A stretch of 61,898 nt of DNA, filler included, from Deltaproteobacteria bacterium (GTDB taxonomy: Bacteria > JACQOV01), in NCBI GenBank assembly GCA_016202395.1. It is 5 parts of 5 records of this genome, joined end to end, with 100 filler letters (N's around TTAATTAATTAA, not from the genome) between each part and the next. Parts side by side here need not be neighbours in the genome. Positions count along the whole stretch, not along the records: positions 31,360 to 52,884 come from JACQOV010000090.1; positions 52,985 to 61,898 come from JACQOV010000091.1; 3 more parts are not named here. The stretch is one strand, 5' to 3'. Positions 47,420-56,960 of this stretch are shown here, piece after piece. The notes beneath the pieces were generated by a model. It ran no database searches. It saw only the letters and a program-made list of their open reading frames with translations, and had not been told where the DNA came from. The position numbers were made by a program, and so were the translations under genes. Numbering within the stretch: the stretch's first letter is position 1; each line of letters starts with the position of its first letter.

Positions 47420-48168
47420 TCTCGCACCCAGGTGTAACCTTTCTCCTCGAGTTGGGTCGCCAAATCTTTTCCTCCTGAGGTGACGATCTTTCCGTCGGAA
47501 AGAACATGGACATAATCCGGAACGATGTAGTTTAAAAGCCTCTGATAATGGGTGATGAGGAGGATCGCATTCTCTTTTTTCCTTAAGCTGTTAACCCCTT
47601 CGGCAACCACTTTCAACGCATCGATATCGAGCCCCGAGTCCGTTTCATCCAAAACCGCAAGCTTGGGGTCCAAAACGGCCATCTGAACGATCTCATTTTT
47701 CTTCTTTTCTCCTCCGGAGAATCCGACGTTGACGGGCCGATTCAAAAGGGACTCCTCGATTTTAAGAAGTTTGAGTTTCTCTCGAACACAGCTCAAAAAA
47801 TCGATGGCATCGAGTTCCTCCAAGCCGCGGTATTTTCGGACCGCATTCAAGGCCGCTTTTAAGAAATAAGAATTGGTGATCCCTGGAATGTCCACCGGAT
47901 ATTGAAACGCGAGGAAGATCCCTTCGCGAGCCCGTTGTTCCGGGGACATCTCTAGCAAGTTTTTCCCATTAAAGAGAATCTCCCCTTGAGTGACCGCGTA
48001 AGTGGCTCTTCCCGCTAACACGTTGGCCAACGTGCTTTTGCCGGAGGCGTTCGGGCCCATAATCGCGTGAACCTCTCCCGCATTCATTTTCAGGTGGATC
48101 CCTTTCAAAATCTCTTTTCCATCGACCTGGGCATGAAGATTTCGGATTTCTAACATCGTCTCCTCCAT
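47407..48168 (-). CDS. sufC: Fe-S cluster assembly ATPase
   Basis: HAIMGPN.SGKST, FLAFQYP, GFSGGEKK.NE, LDETDSGLDIDA, ITHYQRLL. Confidence 0.97.
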   Translation of the reverse strand: MEETMLEIRNLHAQVDGKEILKGIHLKMNAGEVHAIMGPNASGKSTLANVLAGRATYAVTQGEILFNGKNLLEMSPEQRAREGIFLAFQYPVDIPGITNSYFLKAALNAVRKYRGLEELDAIDFLSCVREKLKLLKIEESLLNRPVNVGFSGGEKKKNEIVQMAVLDPKLAVLDETDSGLDIDALKVVAEGVNSLRKKENAILLITHYQRLLNYIVPDYVHVLSDGKIVTSGGKDLATQLEEKGYTWVREWNH

Positions 48169-49614
48169 TTATCCTACCGCTCCTTCTAAGCTCACCCCCA
48201 ATAACTTCTGGGCCTCCACCGCAAACTCCATCGGGAGCTCTTTAAAAACCGTTTTGCAAAAGCCATTGACAACGAGATTCACGGCGTCTTCTTGAGAAAG
48301 CCCTCGACTCCGGCAGTAGAAGAGCTGATCCTCGCTGATTTTAGAGGTGGAGGCCTCGTGTTCGAGTTGTGAAGAGCTGTTATTCACTTCCACATAGGGG
48401 AAGGTGTGCGCGCCGCATTTGTCACCCAGCAAGAGAGAGTCGCACTGAGAGTAGTTTCGAGCCCCCGCGGCTCGCTTTAAGATTCGGACCAACCCTCGGT
48501 AGGTGTTCTGGCCGTGTCCTCCAGAGATCCCTTTGGAGATAATGGTGCTCCGAGTGTTTTTCCCGATGTGGATCATCTTGGTTCCGGTGTCGGCTTGTTG
48601 ATAGTGGTTGGCGAGCGCCACCGAGTAAAATGCCCCTACCGAGTTGTCTCCGGCCAAAATACAACCGGGATATTTCCAGGTGATGGCAGAGCCCGTTTCC
48701 ACTTGCGTCCAAGAGATTTTGGAGTTTTTCCCCGCGCATTTTCCGCGTTTAGTAACAAAATTGTAGATTCCCCCTTTCCCATTTTTATCGCCAGGGTACC
48801 AGTTTTGAATCGTGGAGTATTTGATCTCGGCGTTATCGAGGGCAATGAGCTCCACCACCGCGGCATGGAGTTGATTCTCATCCCGCATCGGAGCGGTGCA
48901 ACCTTCCAGGTAGCTCACGTAGCTCCCCTCGTCGGCGATAATGAGGGTTCGCTCGAACTGTCCCGTATTGGCAGCATTGATCCGAAAGTAAGTCGAGAGC
49001 TCCATCGGAGAGCGAACCCCTTTCGGGACGTAGCAGAAGGAACCGTCGCTGAAGACGGCGGAGTTTAAAGAGGCGAAGAAGTTGTCGTTGTGGGGGACCA
49101 CCGTTCCAAGATATTTCTTCACAAGATCGGGATGTTTTTGAACCGCCTCAGAGAAAGAACAGAAGATAATCCCCAGCTCCGCAAGTTTCTCTTTGAATGT
49201 GGTTGCAACGGAAACGCTATCAAATACCGCATCGACAGCCACTCCAGAGAAACGCTTTTGCTCTTCGATTGAGATCCCTAATTTTTCAAAAGTTTTTCGA
49301 ATCTCTGGATCCACTTCATCGAGGCTCTTGAGCTCCTGCCTCTTTTTAGGGGCGGAATAGTAGGTGATGGCTTGATAGTCGATGGGGCCGTAATGGACGT
49401 TGGCCCACTTCGGTTCCTTTAGGGTGAGCCAATGTCGATAAGCGCGCAGCCTCCATTCCAACATCCACTCGGGCTCGCCCTTCTTTTCAGAGAGGAGCTG
49501 AATGATCTTTTCATCGAGGCCTGAGGGGATCCTTTCTTCCTCAATATCGGTGACAAAGCCCCACTGGTACTCCTCTTCGGTGATCTCTTTTAAAGTTTTT
49601 GCCTCTTCTTGCAT
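48169..49614 (-). CDS. sufB: Fe-S cluster assembly protein
   Basis: [44 protein letters not shown]. Confidence 0.98.
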   Translation of the reverse strand: MQEEAKTLKEITEEEYQWGFVTDIEEERIPSGLDEKIIQLLSEKKGEPEWMLEWRLRAYRHWLTLKEPKWANVHYGPIDYQAITYYSAPKKRQELKSLDEVDPEIRKTFEKLGISIEEQKRFSGVAVDAVFDSVSVATTFKEKLAELGIIFCSFSEAVQKHPDLVKKYLGTVVPHNDNFFASLNSAVFSDGSFCYVPKGVRSPMELSTYFRINAANTGQFERTLIIADEGSYVSYLEGCTAPMRDENQLHAAVVELIALDNAEIKYSTIQNWYPGDKNGKGGIYNFVTKRGKCAGKNSKISWTQVETGSAITWKYPGCILAGDNSVGAFYSVALANHYQQADTGTKMIHIGKNTRSTIISKGISGGHGQNTYRGLVRILKRAAGARNYSQCDSLLLGDKCGAHTFPYVEVNNSSSQLEHEASTSKISEDQLFYCRSRGLSQEDAVNLVVNGFCKTVFKELPMEFAVEAQKLLGVSLEGAVG

Positions 49615-49635
49615 AGTTCTTTCTCCGATCTCTTT

Positions 49636-50058
49636 TCAACTCGCGTTGCTCATCGCGAGGTTTTCGATCGTCATCTCCACCAGTAGCTCATGGAGTTTCC
49701 GATTGAGCTCATAAAAAGGATCTTTGATCAAACAGTCGTTCCATTGAGGGCAGGTAATTTTTGCGTCGCGAAAGCATTCCGCCACCGCCAACGGCCCCTC
49801 AAAGATTTGAGCAATATCGGCCACCGTGATGTCGGAGGCCTTTTTGGCTAGAACGTAGCCTCCGTTCACGCCATAGAGCGATTTAAGGAAGCCCCTTCGA
49901 GACAGCTCTTGCATCACTTTTGCGAGAAGGGGATAGGGGATGTGATAAATTTCGGCCACTTCACGCGTGTTGATGTGTCTTGCTTTTTCTTTCTCTTTCA
50001 AGCACATGTGTTCTAAGGCTAGAAGGGCGTATTCCGTTTTTCGATTCAGGTGTAACAT
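49636..50058 (-). CDS. Rrf2-family regulator of the suf operon
   Basis: EYAL.AL, S..G..GGY.LA, FEGP...EC......C.....C (3 Cys). Confidence 0.92.
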   Translation of the reverse strand: MLHLNRKTEYALLALEHMCLKEKEKARHINTREVAEIYHIPYPLLAKVMQELSRRGFLKSLYGVNGGYVLAKKASDITVADIAQIFEGPLAVAECFRDAKITCPQWNDCLIKDPFYELNRKLHELLVEMTIENLAMSNAS

Positions 50059-50088
50059 GAGCGGACCTCCATAATGGGGCTGCTTTTC

Positions 50089-50115
50089 AATATAAGACTA
50101 TAAAAGTCCTATATT
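50089..50115. promoter_or_regulatory. Rrf2/IscR-type operator
   Basis: AATATAAGACT-ATAAA-AGTCCTATATT inverted repeat 30 nt upstream of the regulator. Confidence 0.75.
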
Positions 50116-50119
50116 AAAG

Positions 50120-50716
50120 TCAAGTTCTAGAAAGGGCTTTTTGGATTAAAGCCAAAGCCTCTGCGGGGAGTTTGAGTTGAAGGGCCACTTGATGACCACG
50201 GGGGGTCATCTTTTTCCAGGTTTTCTGTAAAATCTCGATCACCTTTTCTTCGTTGTGCTTCTTTGAGAAGTCAGCAAAATAGTATTCCAAAAAAACCAAA
50301 CAGATCGCATCTTCCAAAAGCTGAACTTCCGGATCGCCTTTAAGCCCTTTCTTCCAAAGTAGATCTTGCACTCGCTGGGTGGTTTTCTCGTCATATCCCA
50401 CCTCGCGAAGAATCTCACCGGCCTTTTTCGCGTGGAGACCAAAGAGGGTGGTTCGCCATTGATGGTAGCCTTTTCGATCCATCGGGAATTGGCCTCGAGG
50501 GATCTTCCAGCGACAGATGTGTTGGCAGCGAGCTGCCAAGCGCAAGGGCTCGGAGGCGTTGGGCTCCAACCGTTCCAGCCACCCCGACATGCGTTGAGCG
50601 TAGAGCCATTCCTTAGGCCATTCTTTCCCTTGAAAGATCTCTTTGTTGGGATCTTCGCGGTTGGCCGCATCGAATTTTTCGAGCGCCGCTTTGTATCGTT
50701 TCTCGTCAACCATCAT
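50120..50716 (-). CDS. DUF4202-like protein
   Basis: D.AN.EDPN, LAAR.QH..RW...R..FP..R.GY..WR, LED..CLVFL, KTW.KM. Confidence 0.85.
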   Translation of the reverse strand: MMVDEKRYKAALEKFDAANREDPNKEIFQGKEWPKEWLYAQRMSGWLERLEPNASEPLRLAARCQHICRWKIPRGQFPMDRKGYHQWRTTLFGLHAKKAGEILREVGYDEKTTQRVQDLLWKKGLKGDPEVQLLEDAICLVFLEYYFADFSKKHNEEKVIEILQKTWKKMTPRGHQVALQLKLPAEALALIQKALSRT

Positions 50717-50842
50717 GAGTGATAATGGTATCAGGCTTAAAGCGTTCGTTCAATGATTTAAGGCGGAGATAATTTTTAGAAACCACTTGAAATCACTATG
50801 TAAGATATTGCTTGTTATTAATGTTTATGTTAATATGTAACA

Positions 50843-51619
50843 ATGTCGCTTGCGGTCATTCAACAACATGCTGAGGAGAAAGGGGTTTCTTTCGAAGAAT
50901 CCGCGCAGATTTTTATGCAGGCGATTGTGCTCAAGCACCTTGCCCTCCCCACAGCTCGGTTGATAGGAGGGGGAGCATTGGTTTTTGGGCATGGCAATCC
51001 TCGCTTCTCAGAGGATGTCGATTTAACGCAAGTCTCCGACCCCAGACAGCTCGAAACAGGGCTTCGAAACGCAGCGGCCGAACTAGAAAAATGGTTTGGA
51101 AAATCGGTTACACTTTCCTCTCCTAAGTCCGATCGACGAACATGGCGCCTCCTCTGTCGATTATCTCCCGCTCGGACTCTCCGTCTCCATGTAGATTCTC
51201 AGCCTTACCCTGCCTATACGGTGCATGCCGTGGTTATACAGTTCCCATCCATTCCAAGTTTTGTTTGCGAATCGATAGGGCTTGAGGAGATCATGGCAGA
51301 GAAAATGATCGCCGTTGCGAATCGACGTTACCTCGGAGGGAGAGATCTTTTTGATCTTTGGTTCCATTGGCTTCGTCAAGATCATTGGGAAGAAATGCTC
51401 CCTACGATTCGTAGCCTTGTTATTAAAAAGCTAAAGGACCGCTCGATAACCCCTGAATTATGGATTCGCAATTTATCGGAACGTTTATCTCCAGGAAAAT
51501 CTCTAAAACGAGCAGAGGAAGAATGGAGACGCTATCTTCCTGTGGAATTTCAGAAGAAGCTTGTTCATCAAGAGATTCTAAAGGCTTGCTATCGATTGCC
51601 AGAGGTATTTTCGGAATGA
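50843..51619 (+). CDS. Nucleotidyltransferase AbiEii/AbiGii-family toxin
   Basis: LIGGGAL...HG.PRFSEDVDL, EIMAEK..A...R....RDLFDL; TGTTA...TAACA inverted repeat upstream. Confidence 0.88.
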   Translation: MSLAVIQQHAEEKGVSFEESAQIFMQAIVLKHLALPTARLIGGGALVFGHGNPRFSEDVDLTQVSDPRQLETGLRNAAAELEKWFGKSVTLSSPKSDRRTWRLLCRLSPARTLRLHVDSQPYPAYTVHAVVIQFPSIPSFVCESIGLEEIMAEKMIAVANRRYLGGRDLFDLWFHWLRQDHWEEMLPTIRSLVIKKLKDRSITPELWIRNLSERLSPGKSLKRAEEEWRRYLPVEFQKKLVHQEILKACYRLPEVFSE

Positions 51620-52200
51620 TGTTAATCGATTTCATTCAGTTTTTGAGAGAGATCTCTCGAAAACACCACAAAAGGATTTTCTTGCTTCGAGAAATTGTAG
51701 CGCTTACAGGAGAATCTCCCGCCTCGATCGGGATGACTCTTCTTCGAGCTCAGAAAAAGGGGCTTGTTACGCGAGTCAAAAAATACTGGATCAACCAAAT
51801 GGACCCGCCTCAACTTGAGGAATTGGCTTTTACCCTAGCTTCCCCGTCGTATATCTCTTTTGAGAGCGCTCTTTATCGACATCAAATTCTTTCTCAATCT
51901 CCTCGAGGCGGACTCACTGTTGCGACGCGGTCAAGGCCGCGATGCATTACGACCTCGCTAGGGACCCTTCAGTTGATTCATCTGAAGCCCGCTTTGTTCT
52001 TTGGCTACGATTCGAATCGAGTCGCTCTCCCCGAGAAAGCGTGGTTAGACCTTTTATATATTCGAGGTCTTCAAGGCCGCAAGGGAGTGATCTCCGAGAA
52101 GTTTTATTTAGAGCATCTTAATCAAAAGCGTCTGGTTCGTTTTGAAAAAAAGTTTCCCGCTTGGGTTCGCCAGCTTCGTAAATCTTTAAAAGATGTTTGA
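51616..52200 (+). CDS. AbiEi-like antitoxin
   Basis: PSYISFESAL..H.IL.Q, LFFGY, A.PEKA.LDLLY; ATGA overlap with toxin. Confidence 0.85.
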   Translation: MMLIDFIQFLREISRKHHKRIFLLREIVALTGESPASIGMTLLRAQKKGLVTRVKKYWINQMDPPQLEELAFTLASPSYISFESALYRHQILSQSPRGGLTVATRSRPRCITTSLGTLQLIHLKPALFFGYDSNRVALPEKAWLDLLYIRGLQGRKGVISEKFYLEHLNQKRLVRFEKKFPAWVRQLRKSLKDV

Positions 52201-52280
52201 AATCATTGTGTTTTGTGGTATCTCAAGGTCCTGCCAACAGTTTATTTGAATTTTGATAAGTTCTGTGGTAGTTAAAGCAT

Positions 52281-52884
52281 ATGGAACCTATTCGAAAACC
52301 GATCCAAAAGATCGCCTTAATTTCTGCTAAGCCTAGATTTCCTGAACAAATTGGTCAGATTGTTATGTGTGAAAATGCTTTGCCCTTAATTGGAACAATC
52401 CTTAGAAATCATGGATATGATGTTGAGGTATACATAGAACGAATTGCACCTATAAAATGGGATCGAGTCCTTAATTCTGATCTTGTGGGTTTTTCAGCGG
52501 TTACTTGTACGGCCAATCGAACTTATGAAATGGCACAACACATTCGAACGTGTAGAAAAATCAATTTGGTTCTAGGAGGCCCTCATGCTTCGATGTTACC
52601 TAATGATGCTCTGACTCACTTTGACTATGTTGTTAGGGATGAAGGAGAAGAAACCATAATAGAATTACTGGATGCTTTAAATCAGGATGGTGATTTATCA
52701 AAAATCGGCGGCCTCTCTTATAGAAATAGTCAACCGAGACCTGTTCATAATCCTAGTAGAAGATATCTAGAAAAATTTGAGACGATCCCTGATCTTACTT
52801 TAGTCGATGGGTATGAAAAAATAACTAGTTTGAAATTATTTTCACTAAGGAAACACCATACCCACTTTTTAGAAACTTCTAGAG
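52281..52884 (+). CDS. B12-binding radical SAM protein, 3' end in gap
   Basis: DLVGFS, VLGGPHAS..P, DYVVR.EGEET..EL, ETSR at the break. Confidence 0.85.
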
Positions 52885-52984
52885 NNNNNNNNNNNNNNNN
52901 NNNNNNNNNNNNNNNNNNNNNNNNNNNNTTAATTAATTAANNNNNNNNNNNNNNNNNNNNNNNNNNNNNNNNNNNNNNNNNNNN
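52885..52984. other. Artificial contig spacer
   Basis: N44-TTAATTAATTAA-N44. Confidence 0.99.
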
Positions 52985-53146
52985 GCTGCTTTGCGAAGCC
53001 TACAGTGGCCAGCCCGCATTGCTGCGCAAAGCGCTGCTGGCGGGCTAGGCGAGAAATGCTAGCGAGTTCAGAGACCTACCTCCCTTGAGAGGGGTCAAAA
53101 ATCTTGCGAGTGAAGCGAGAAAAAACATTCCCGTGAACTTTTGCAC
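52985..53146. repeat. Partial MITE-like element ending in the 'B' module
   Basis: Hairpins (AGCCCGC...GCGGGCT) then GGGTCAAAAATCTTGCGAGTGAAGCGAGAAAAAACATTCCCGTGAACTTTT. Confidence 0.7.
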
Positions 53147-53261
53147 CAATAGGTCCAAATTTTTTTTGGAGTCGCTCAGGGAATATCCTGACTTAAAAAC
53201 GAGGGGTGGGCAAGCGCCTCGCGTTTCTGAAAAGACTTTTTTGGGGTATGATCACTCCCTC

Positions 53262-54182
53262 ATGAAAGCTCGATATATATCCCTTCAATCTCTCCTCCCC
53301 TGGCCACAAGGGAGACGACCCATCGATTGGAAAAACTGCTTTGAAAGAAAGGCCTCCTTAGAGGTGGAGATTGGTTTTGGAAACGGAGAACATTTGGTGA
53401 GATTGGCCCAAAAATGTCCGAATAGAAACTTCGTAGGGATTGAAGCGAGTTGGGAATCGGTTCAAAGAGCGCTCCGCCGAACAGCTCAAGCGCGCATTTT
53501 CAACGTGCGCCTGATTTTAGTGGACGCGCGAACCGCTTTCGATCGGCTTTTTAAAGAGAAATCGATCGATCGAATCTATGCTCTCTACCCTTGCCCCTGG
53601 CCCAAAAAGCGGCACGTAAAGCATCGTCTCTTTTCCAATGCTTTTCTCAAAGTGCTCAACAGCCGTCTTGTAAAAAACGGGGAAATTCAGATCGTGACCG
53701 ATCAGAAGCCGTATGTGGAATGGCTCAAAGAGCAAATCCAGAAAACAGGATTGCAAATGAAATGGGGTTCTGCCCCCGCCCGATTCGACACCAAATATGA
53801 ACGAAAATGGCAAACTCAGGGACAACAGGATTTTTTTGAGATTATTTTGCGAAAAGAAAAACACATCCCTATTCCCACGAAGGAGGATATTTCATTGAAA
53901 ACCTATCGCCTTAAAAAATTCAACTCCGAACGGTTTCAACCTAAAGAGGTTCGGGGAAAGATCACGATTCAGTTCAAGGAATTTTTATACGATCCCCAAC
54001 GGAAAAAAGGGATGATTCGCGCTGTGGTGGTGGAAGAGAATCTGCTGCAAAATCTCTGGATTGAAATCGCGCCTGAGGCAAAAGGCTGGCGGATTCGGCC
54101 CGCTTCAGGATGCAGCATGATCCCCACGCTCGGTGTTCAACGCGCCCTGGATGCCATCTATCAAGCAGCAACTGTTCCATAG
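53262..54182 (+). CDS. trmB: tRNA (guanine-N7)-methyltransferase with C-terminal extension
   Basis: VEIGFGNG, NFVGIE, YPCPWPKKRH.K.RL, VTD...Y, TKYERKW. Confidence 0.92.
   Translation: MKARYISLQSLLPWPQGRRPIDWKNCFERKASLEVEIGFGNGEHLVRLAQKCPNRNFVGIEASWESVQRALRRTAQARIFNVRLILVDARTAFDRLFKEKSIDRIYALYPCPWPKKRHVKHRLFSNAFLKVLNSRLVKNGEIQIVTDQKPYVEWLKEQIQKTGLQMKWGSAPARFDTKYERKWQTQGQQDFFEIILRKEKHIPIPTKEDISLKTYRLKKFNSERFQPKEVRGKITIQFKEFLYDPQRKKGMIRAVVVEENLLQNLWIEIAPEAKGWRIRPASGCSMIPTLGVQRALDAIYQAATVP
54132..54155 (+). repeat. 24-bp direct repeat, copy 1 (trmB 3' end)
   Basis: GGTGTTCAACGCGCCCTGGATGCC identical at 58193-58216. Confidence 0.9.
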
Positions 54183-54202
54183 CTCATTCAACCTTCACGA
54201 CC

Positions 54203-54239
54203 TTGACTCAGAACGTTAATTGTATTAGAATCTATTACA
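54203..54239 (+). promoter_or_regulatory. Promoter and operator of the RHH-PIN operon
   Basis: TTGACT-17 nt-TAGAAT; imperfect palindrome TGTATTAGA-A-TCTATTACA. Confidence 0.65.
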
Positions 54240-54257
54240 GATGCCTAAAAGGAAATT

Positions 54258-54476
54258 ATGAGACAAACCATTACCATCAGTATTCCTGAAGAAGTCAAAG
54301 AAGAACTTGACGCATTAACTGAACAGGAAGGGATTTCTCGCAGTGATATTGTCCGCGAATCTCTGCGGGATTATCTGTTTTTTCTCAAGTTTCGCAACCT
54401 GCGCGCGAAATTAATGGCCAAAGCTGAAGCACGAGGGATCTACACCGACGAAGATGTCTTCGACCGCGTTTCCTAA
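54258..54476 (+). CDS. Ribbon-helix-helix (CopG) antitoxin
   Basis: TITISIP....ELD.....EG.SRSDIVRESL; GI.TDEDVF. Confidence 0.9.
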   Translation: MRQTITISIPEEVKEELDALTEQEGISRSDIVRESLRDYLFFLKFRNLRAKLMAKAEARGIYTDEDVFDRVS

Positions 54477-54479
54477 TCC

Positions 54480-54884
54480 ATGAAGCTCCTCCTCGATACC
54501 AACGTCTTAATTGCAGCCGTCATTACAAGAGGATTCTGCGCTGAACTCTTTGAGCACTGTGTGCGCTCCCACACATTGATTACGTCGAAATTTATCATTA
54601 AAGAATTCCACGAAAAGATGATCTCCAAATTTTACTTCTCTAAAAAGGAAGCCAAAGAAGTAGAAAATTTGATTTTTTCCAGGATGGAGATTGTGAAACC
54701 GCTCCCCGTAGAACCCTCGGAATGTCCAGATCCTAACGACACAGAAGTCTTGGGAACAGCTCTCGAAGGGGAATGCCAATTTCTCATTACGGGAGACAAA
54801 GCCCTCATAAAATTAGGCCATTTCGAAGGGGTTGAAATCCTATCCCCCAGCCAGTTCTGGAGAAGAGAATCCTTTTCTCAATAA
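54480..54884 (+). CDS. PIN-domain toxin
   Basis: LLDTNVLIAA, DP.D..VL..A, LITGDK.L. Confidence 0.92.
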   Translation: MKLLLDTNVLIAAVITRGFCAELFEHCVRSHTLITSKFIIKEFHEKMISKFYFSKKEAKEVENLIFSRMEIVKPLPVEPSECPDPNDTEVLGTALEGECQFLITGDKALIKLGHFEGVEILSPSQFWRRESFSQ

Positions 54885-54959
54885 TTCTCAACATATCATT
54901 AGAAATCTAAAGACTATGAAGAGGTTGAGATACATCGGTAACAGTGGGGGTACCGGAAC

Positions 54960-55158
54960 CTAAACCCAGTAGATTTTGATGAGGTTGGCCACCTTCTTAA
55001 AATCAGGATCGCCCGTCACAAGAATAGCGCTGTGATTTAGAGTGGTTACCAAAGCAAAGGCATCTCCAAATGAAATAGGGTATTCCCCCTTAAGTTCTGC
55101 AGCTTGATAAACGATCGAACTTGAGGAGGGCGTGGCTATCAAAAACGTGCACTGTCAT
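54960..55158 (-). pseudogene. VapC/PIN toxin with internal deletion and frameshift
   Basis: ATG 55158 gives MTVHVFDSHALLKF; another frame continues directly as YQAAELK..YPISFGDAFA.....LVTGDPDF; the middle of the domain is missing. Confidence 0.78.
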
Positions 55159-55163
55159 GGAGA

Positions 55164-55403
55164 TTAAGCAAAATCCTTCTTCCTAAATCTCAACAATGTC
55201 CGGCTCAACGAAGGATGACTTGGCAAAATCCCTTCCCATTCAGACACTTTGCGCCGCCCCCTCTCGGGCAAAAGATAAACAATCCCCCCATATTCGAAAA
55301 CGCGGACACGGGACCCTCCTTTAATGCGAAGTTTCTCTCGCAAAGCCAAGGGCAAGACGATTTGCCCCTTCTCATAGACTTTTAACTCTAATGCCTTAGC
55401 CAT
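55164..55403 (-). CDS. AbrB/MazE/SpoVT-family antitoxin
   Basis: KV.EKGQIVLP..LREKL.I..G..V. Confidence 0.88.
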   Translation of the reverse strand: MAKALELKVYEKGQIVLPLALREKLRIKGGSRVRVFEYGGIVYLLPERGRRKVSEWEGILPSHPSLSRTLLRFRKKDFA

Positions 55404-55483
55404 GATGGTTTAACTTCAAGCACTAAAAGTATAACTTCTGTTAGTTTCTGCCAAGGCCCTGCCACGAGGGAGGAAGTTCTCAC

Positions 55484-55573
55484 TCGCCAGTCGGTTGAAC
55501 GAAAGTGCTGGGGCCTCTTCCTCCAAAGAAATACCGGATTCCGATGGCTCTGTTAAAGTCGAATTGGGCATCG
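55484..55573 (-). repeat. 90-bp orphan copy of the 3' end of the 58237-58731 gene
   Basis: 2 mismatches to 58241-58330; followed by its own in-frame TGA (55480-82). Confidence 0.93.
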
Positions 55574-55604
55574 CGAAGACCCTAAATAATTATAGATTTG
55601 GGAT

Positions 55605-56795
55605 CTAATCTTGCATCCAGCGAAGAGGTGAATTCAGTAAAAATTCTTCCAAGGGCATCCCCTGCCCTCCCACCAGCAGCTTTCGATGGGGATGAAAATG
55701 GTCCGAAAAAGCCTCCATCCCCGCAAGGACCTCTTTTCTGCGCCCACTTTTCACCTCAATAGCAACGCTTTTCTTTCCATCCCACAATATGAAATCGACT
55801 TCCATTCCTCGTTCCCTCCAGTAAAAAACCTCTATATTCGTCCCCACCACGCTATTCAGAAGATGAGCTCCTATCGCCGACTCTACAAGACGCCCCCAGA
55901 AATTTCGATCCTGTTGCGCCTCTGCCAAAGAAAGTGGAGACTGAGCCGTGATTAATGCGGTATTCAAAACGCAAAACTTGGGACTCGAAGACCGTTGCCG
56001 AACTCGCCGTTGCGAAAACTTCATCAATCCCGTTAGCATCCCGGCGCTAGAAAGCAAATCGAGATAATGGGCTAGAGTGGTCGTATTCCCCACATCCTGC
56101 AACTGCCCCAACATTTTTTGATAGGAAAGAATCTGGCCCGAATAATCGCAACCTAATTGGAATAGGCGTCTTAAAAGAGCAGGCTTATCGACCCGAGTCA
56201 TTAACAAAATGTCACGGGATATCGTCGTCTCAATCAAAGACTCGATGATGTAACGGGACCAACGCTGGCAATCTGCGACTAAACTTGCGCTTCCAGGATA
56301 CCCACCAAAGTAGATGTACTGTTCTAGCGTCCAACCAAAAGCTTTCCGCATCTCATCGAAAGACCAATGGCTCACAGGAATAATCTCGAATCGGCCTGCT
56401 AAACTTTCAGTCAATCCTGTTTGAATATGCAACCGAGCCGATCCCAATAGAACCACCTTCAGGGGGATCTCTCTAGCGGTATCCTCATCCCAAAGACGCT
56501 TTACCCCCTCCGACCAATGGGTAATTTTCTGAACCTCATCTAGAACTAAAATCCCCTCTTTTCCTGGCTGAATTTTAAGCCTCCCCAACTCCCACTGCTC
56601 TTCCAGCCATTGTCCCCCTGCTATAGGGGGCTCATCCGCAGAAGCATAATGGACAGGGGTATCGAGCTGTGCCATGACTTGCCGCACCAACGTGGTTTTT
56701 CCGGTTTGTCGAGGACCGGTCAACACCTGGATAAAACGGCGTGGCTCTTTCAGCCTTAAAAACAAGATGTTACAGGTGGAACGTTTAAATTCCAT
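55605..56795 (-). CDS. AAA_14 ATPase with DUF4143 (PD-(D/E)xK-like) C-terminus
   Basis: GPRQTGKTT, LDEVQK, ESLAGRF, GGYP, YWRE...EVDF, AIEVKSG. Confidence 0.92.
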   Translation of the reverse strand: MEFKRSTCNILFLRLKEPRRFIQVLTGPRQTGKTTLVRQVMAQLDTPVHYASADEPPIAGGQWLEEQWELGRLKIQPGKEGILVLDEVQKITHWSEGVKRLWDEDTAREIPLKVVLLGSARLHIQTGLTESLAGRFEIIPVSHWSFDEMRKAFGWTLEQYIYFGGYPGSASLVADCQRWSRYIIESLIETTISRDILLMTRVDKPALLRRLFQLGCDYSGQILSYQKMLGQLQDVGNTTTLAHYLDLLSSAGMLTGLMKFSQRRVRQRSSSPKFCVLNTALITAQSPLSLAEAQQDRNFWGRLVESAIGAHLLNSVVGTNIEVFYWRERGMEVDFILWDGKKSVAIEVKSGRRKEVLAGMEAFSDHFHPHRKLLVGGQGMPLEEFLLNSPLRWMQD

Positions 56796-56847
56796 AATTT
56801 TACTCAATATGCTTAGTAAAATTACTCAATTGTATGAGTAATGTCAA
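56796..56847. promoter_or_regulatory. Tandem TTACTCA-N6-TGAGTAA palindromes over the ATPase promoter
   Basis: AATTTTACTCA-ATATGC-TTAGTAAAATT and ATTACTCA-ATTGTA-TGAGTAAT; minus-strand TTGACA at 56842-47. Confidence 0.7.
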
Positions 56848-56960
56848 GGTTTAGCGGCCGAAGTTTTTTGTTATTTTCACGAAATCTTGAAATCCAGCCA
56901 TTGACAACGGGGGTTTGATTTGCAACGGTTGGCTTCAAAGTAAGCAAGGGGGGGCATCAC

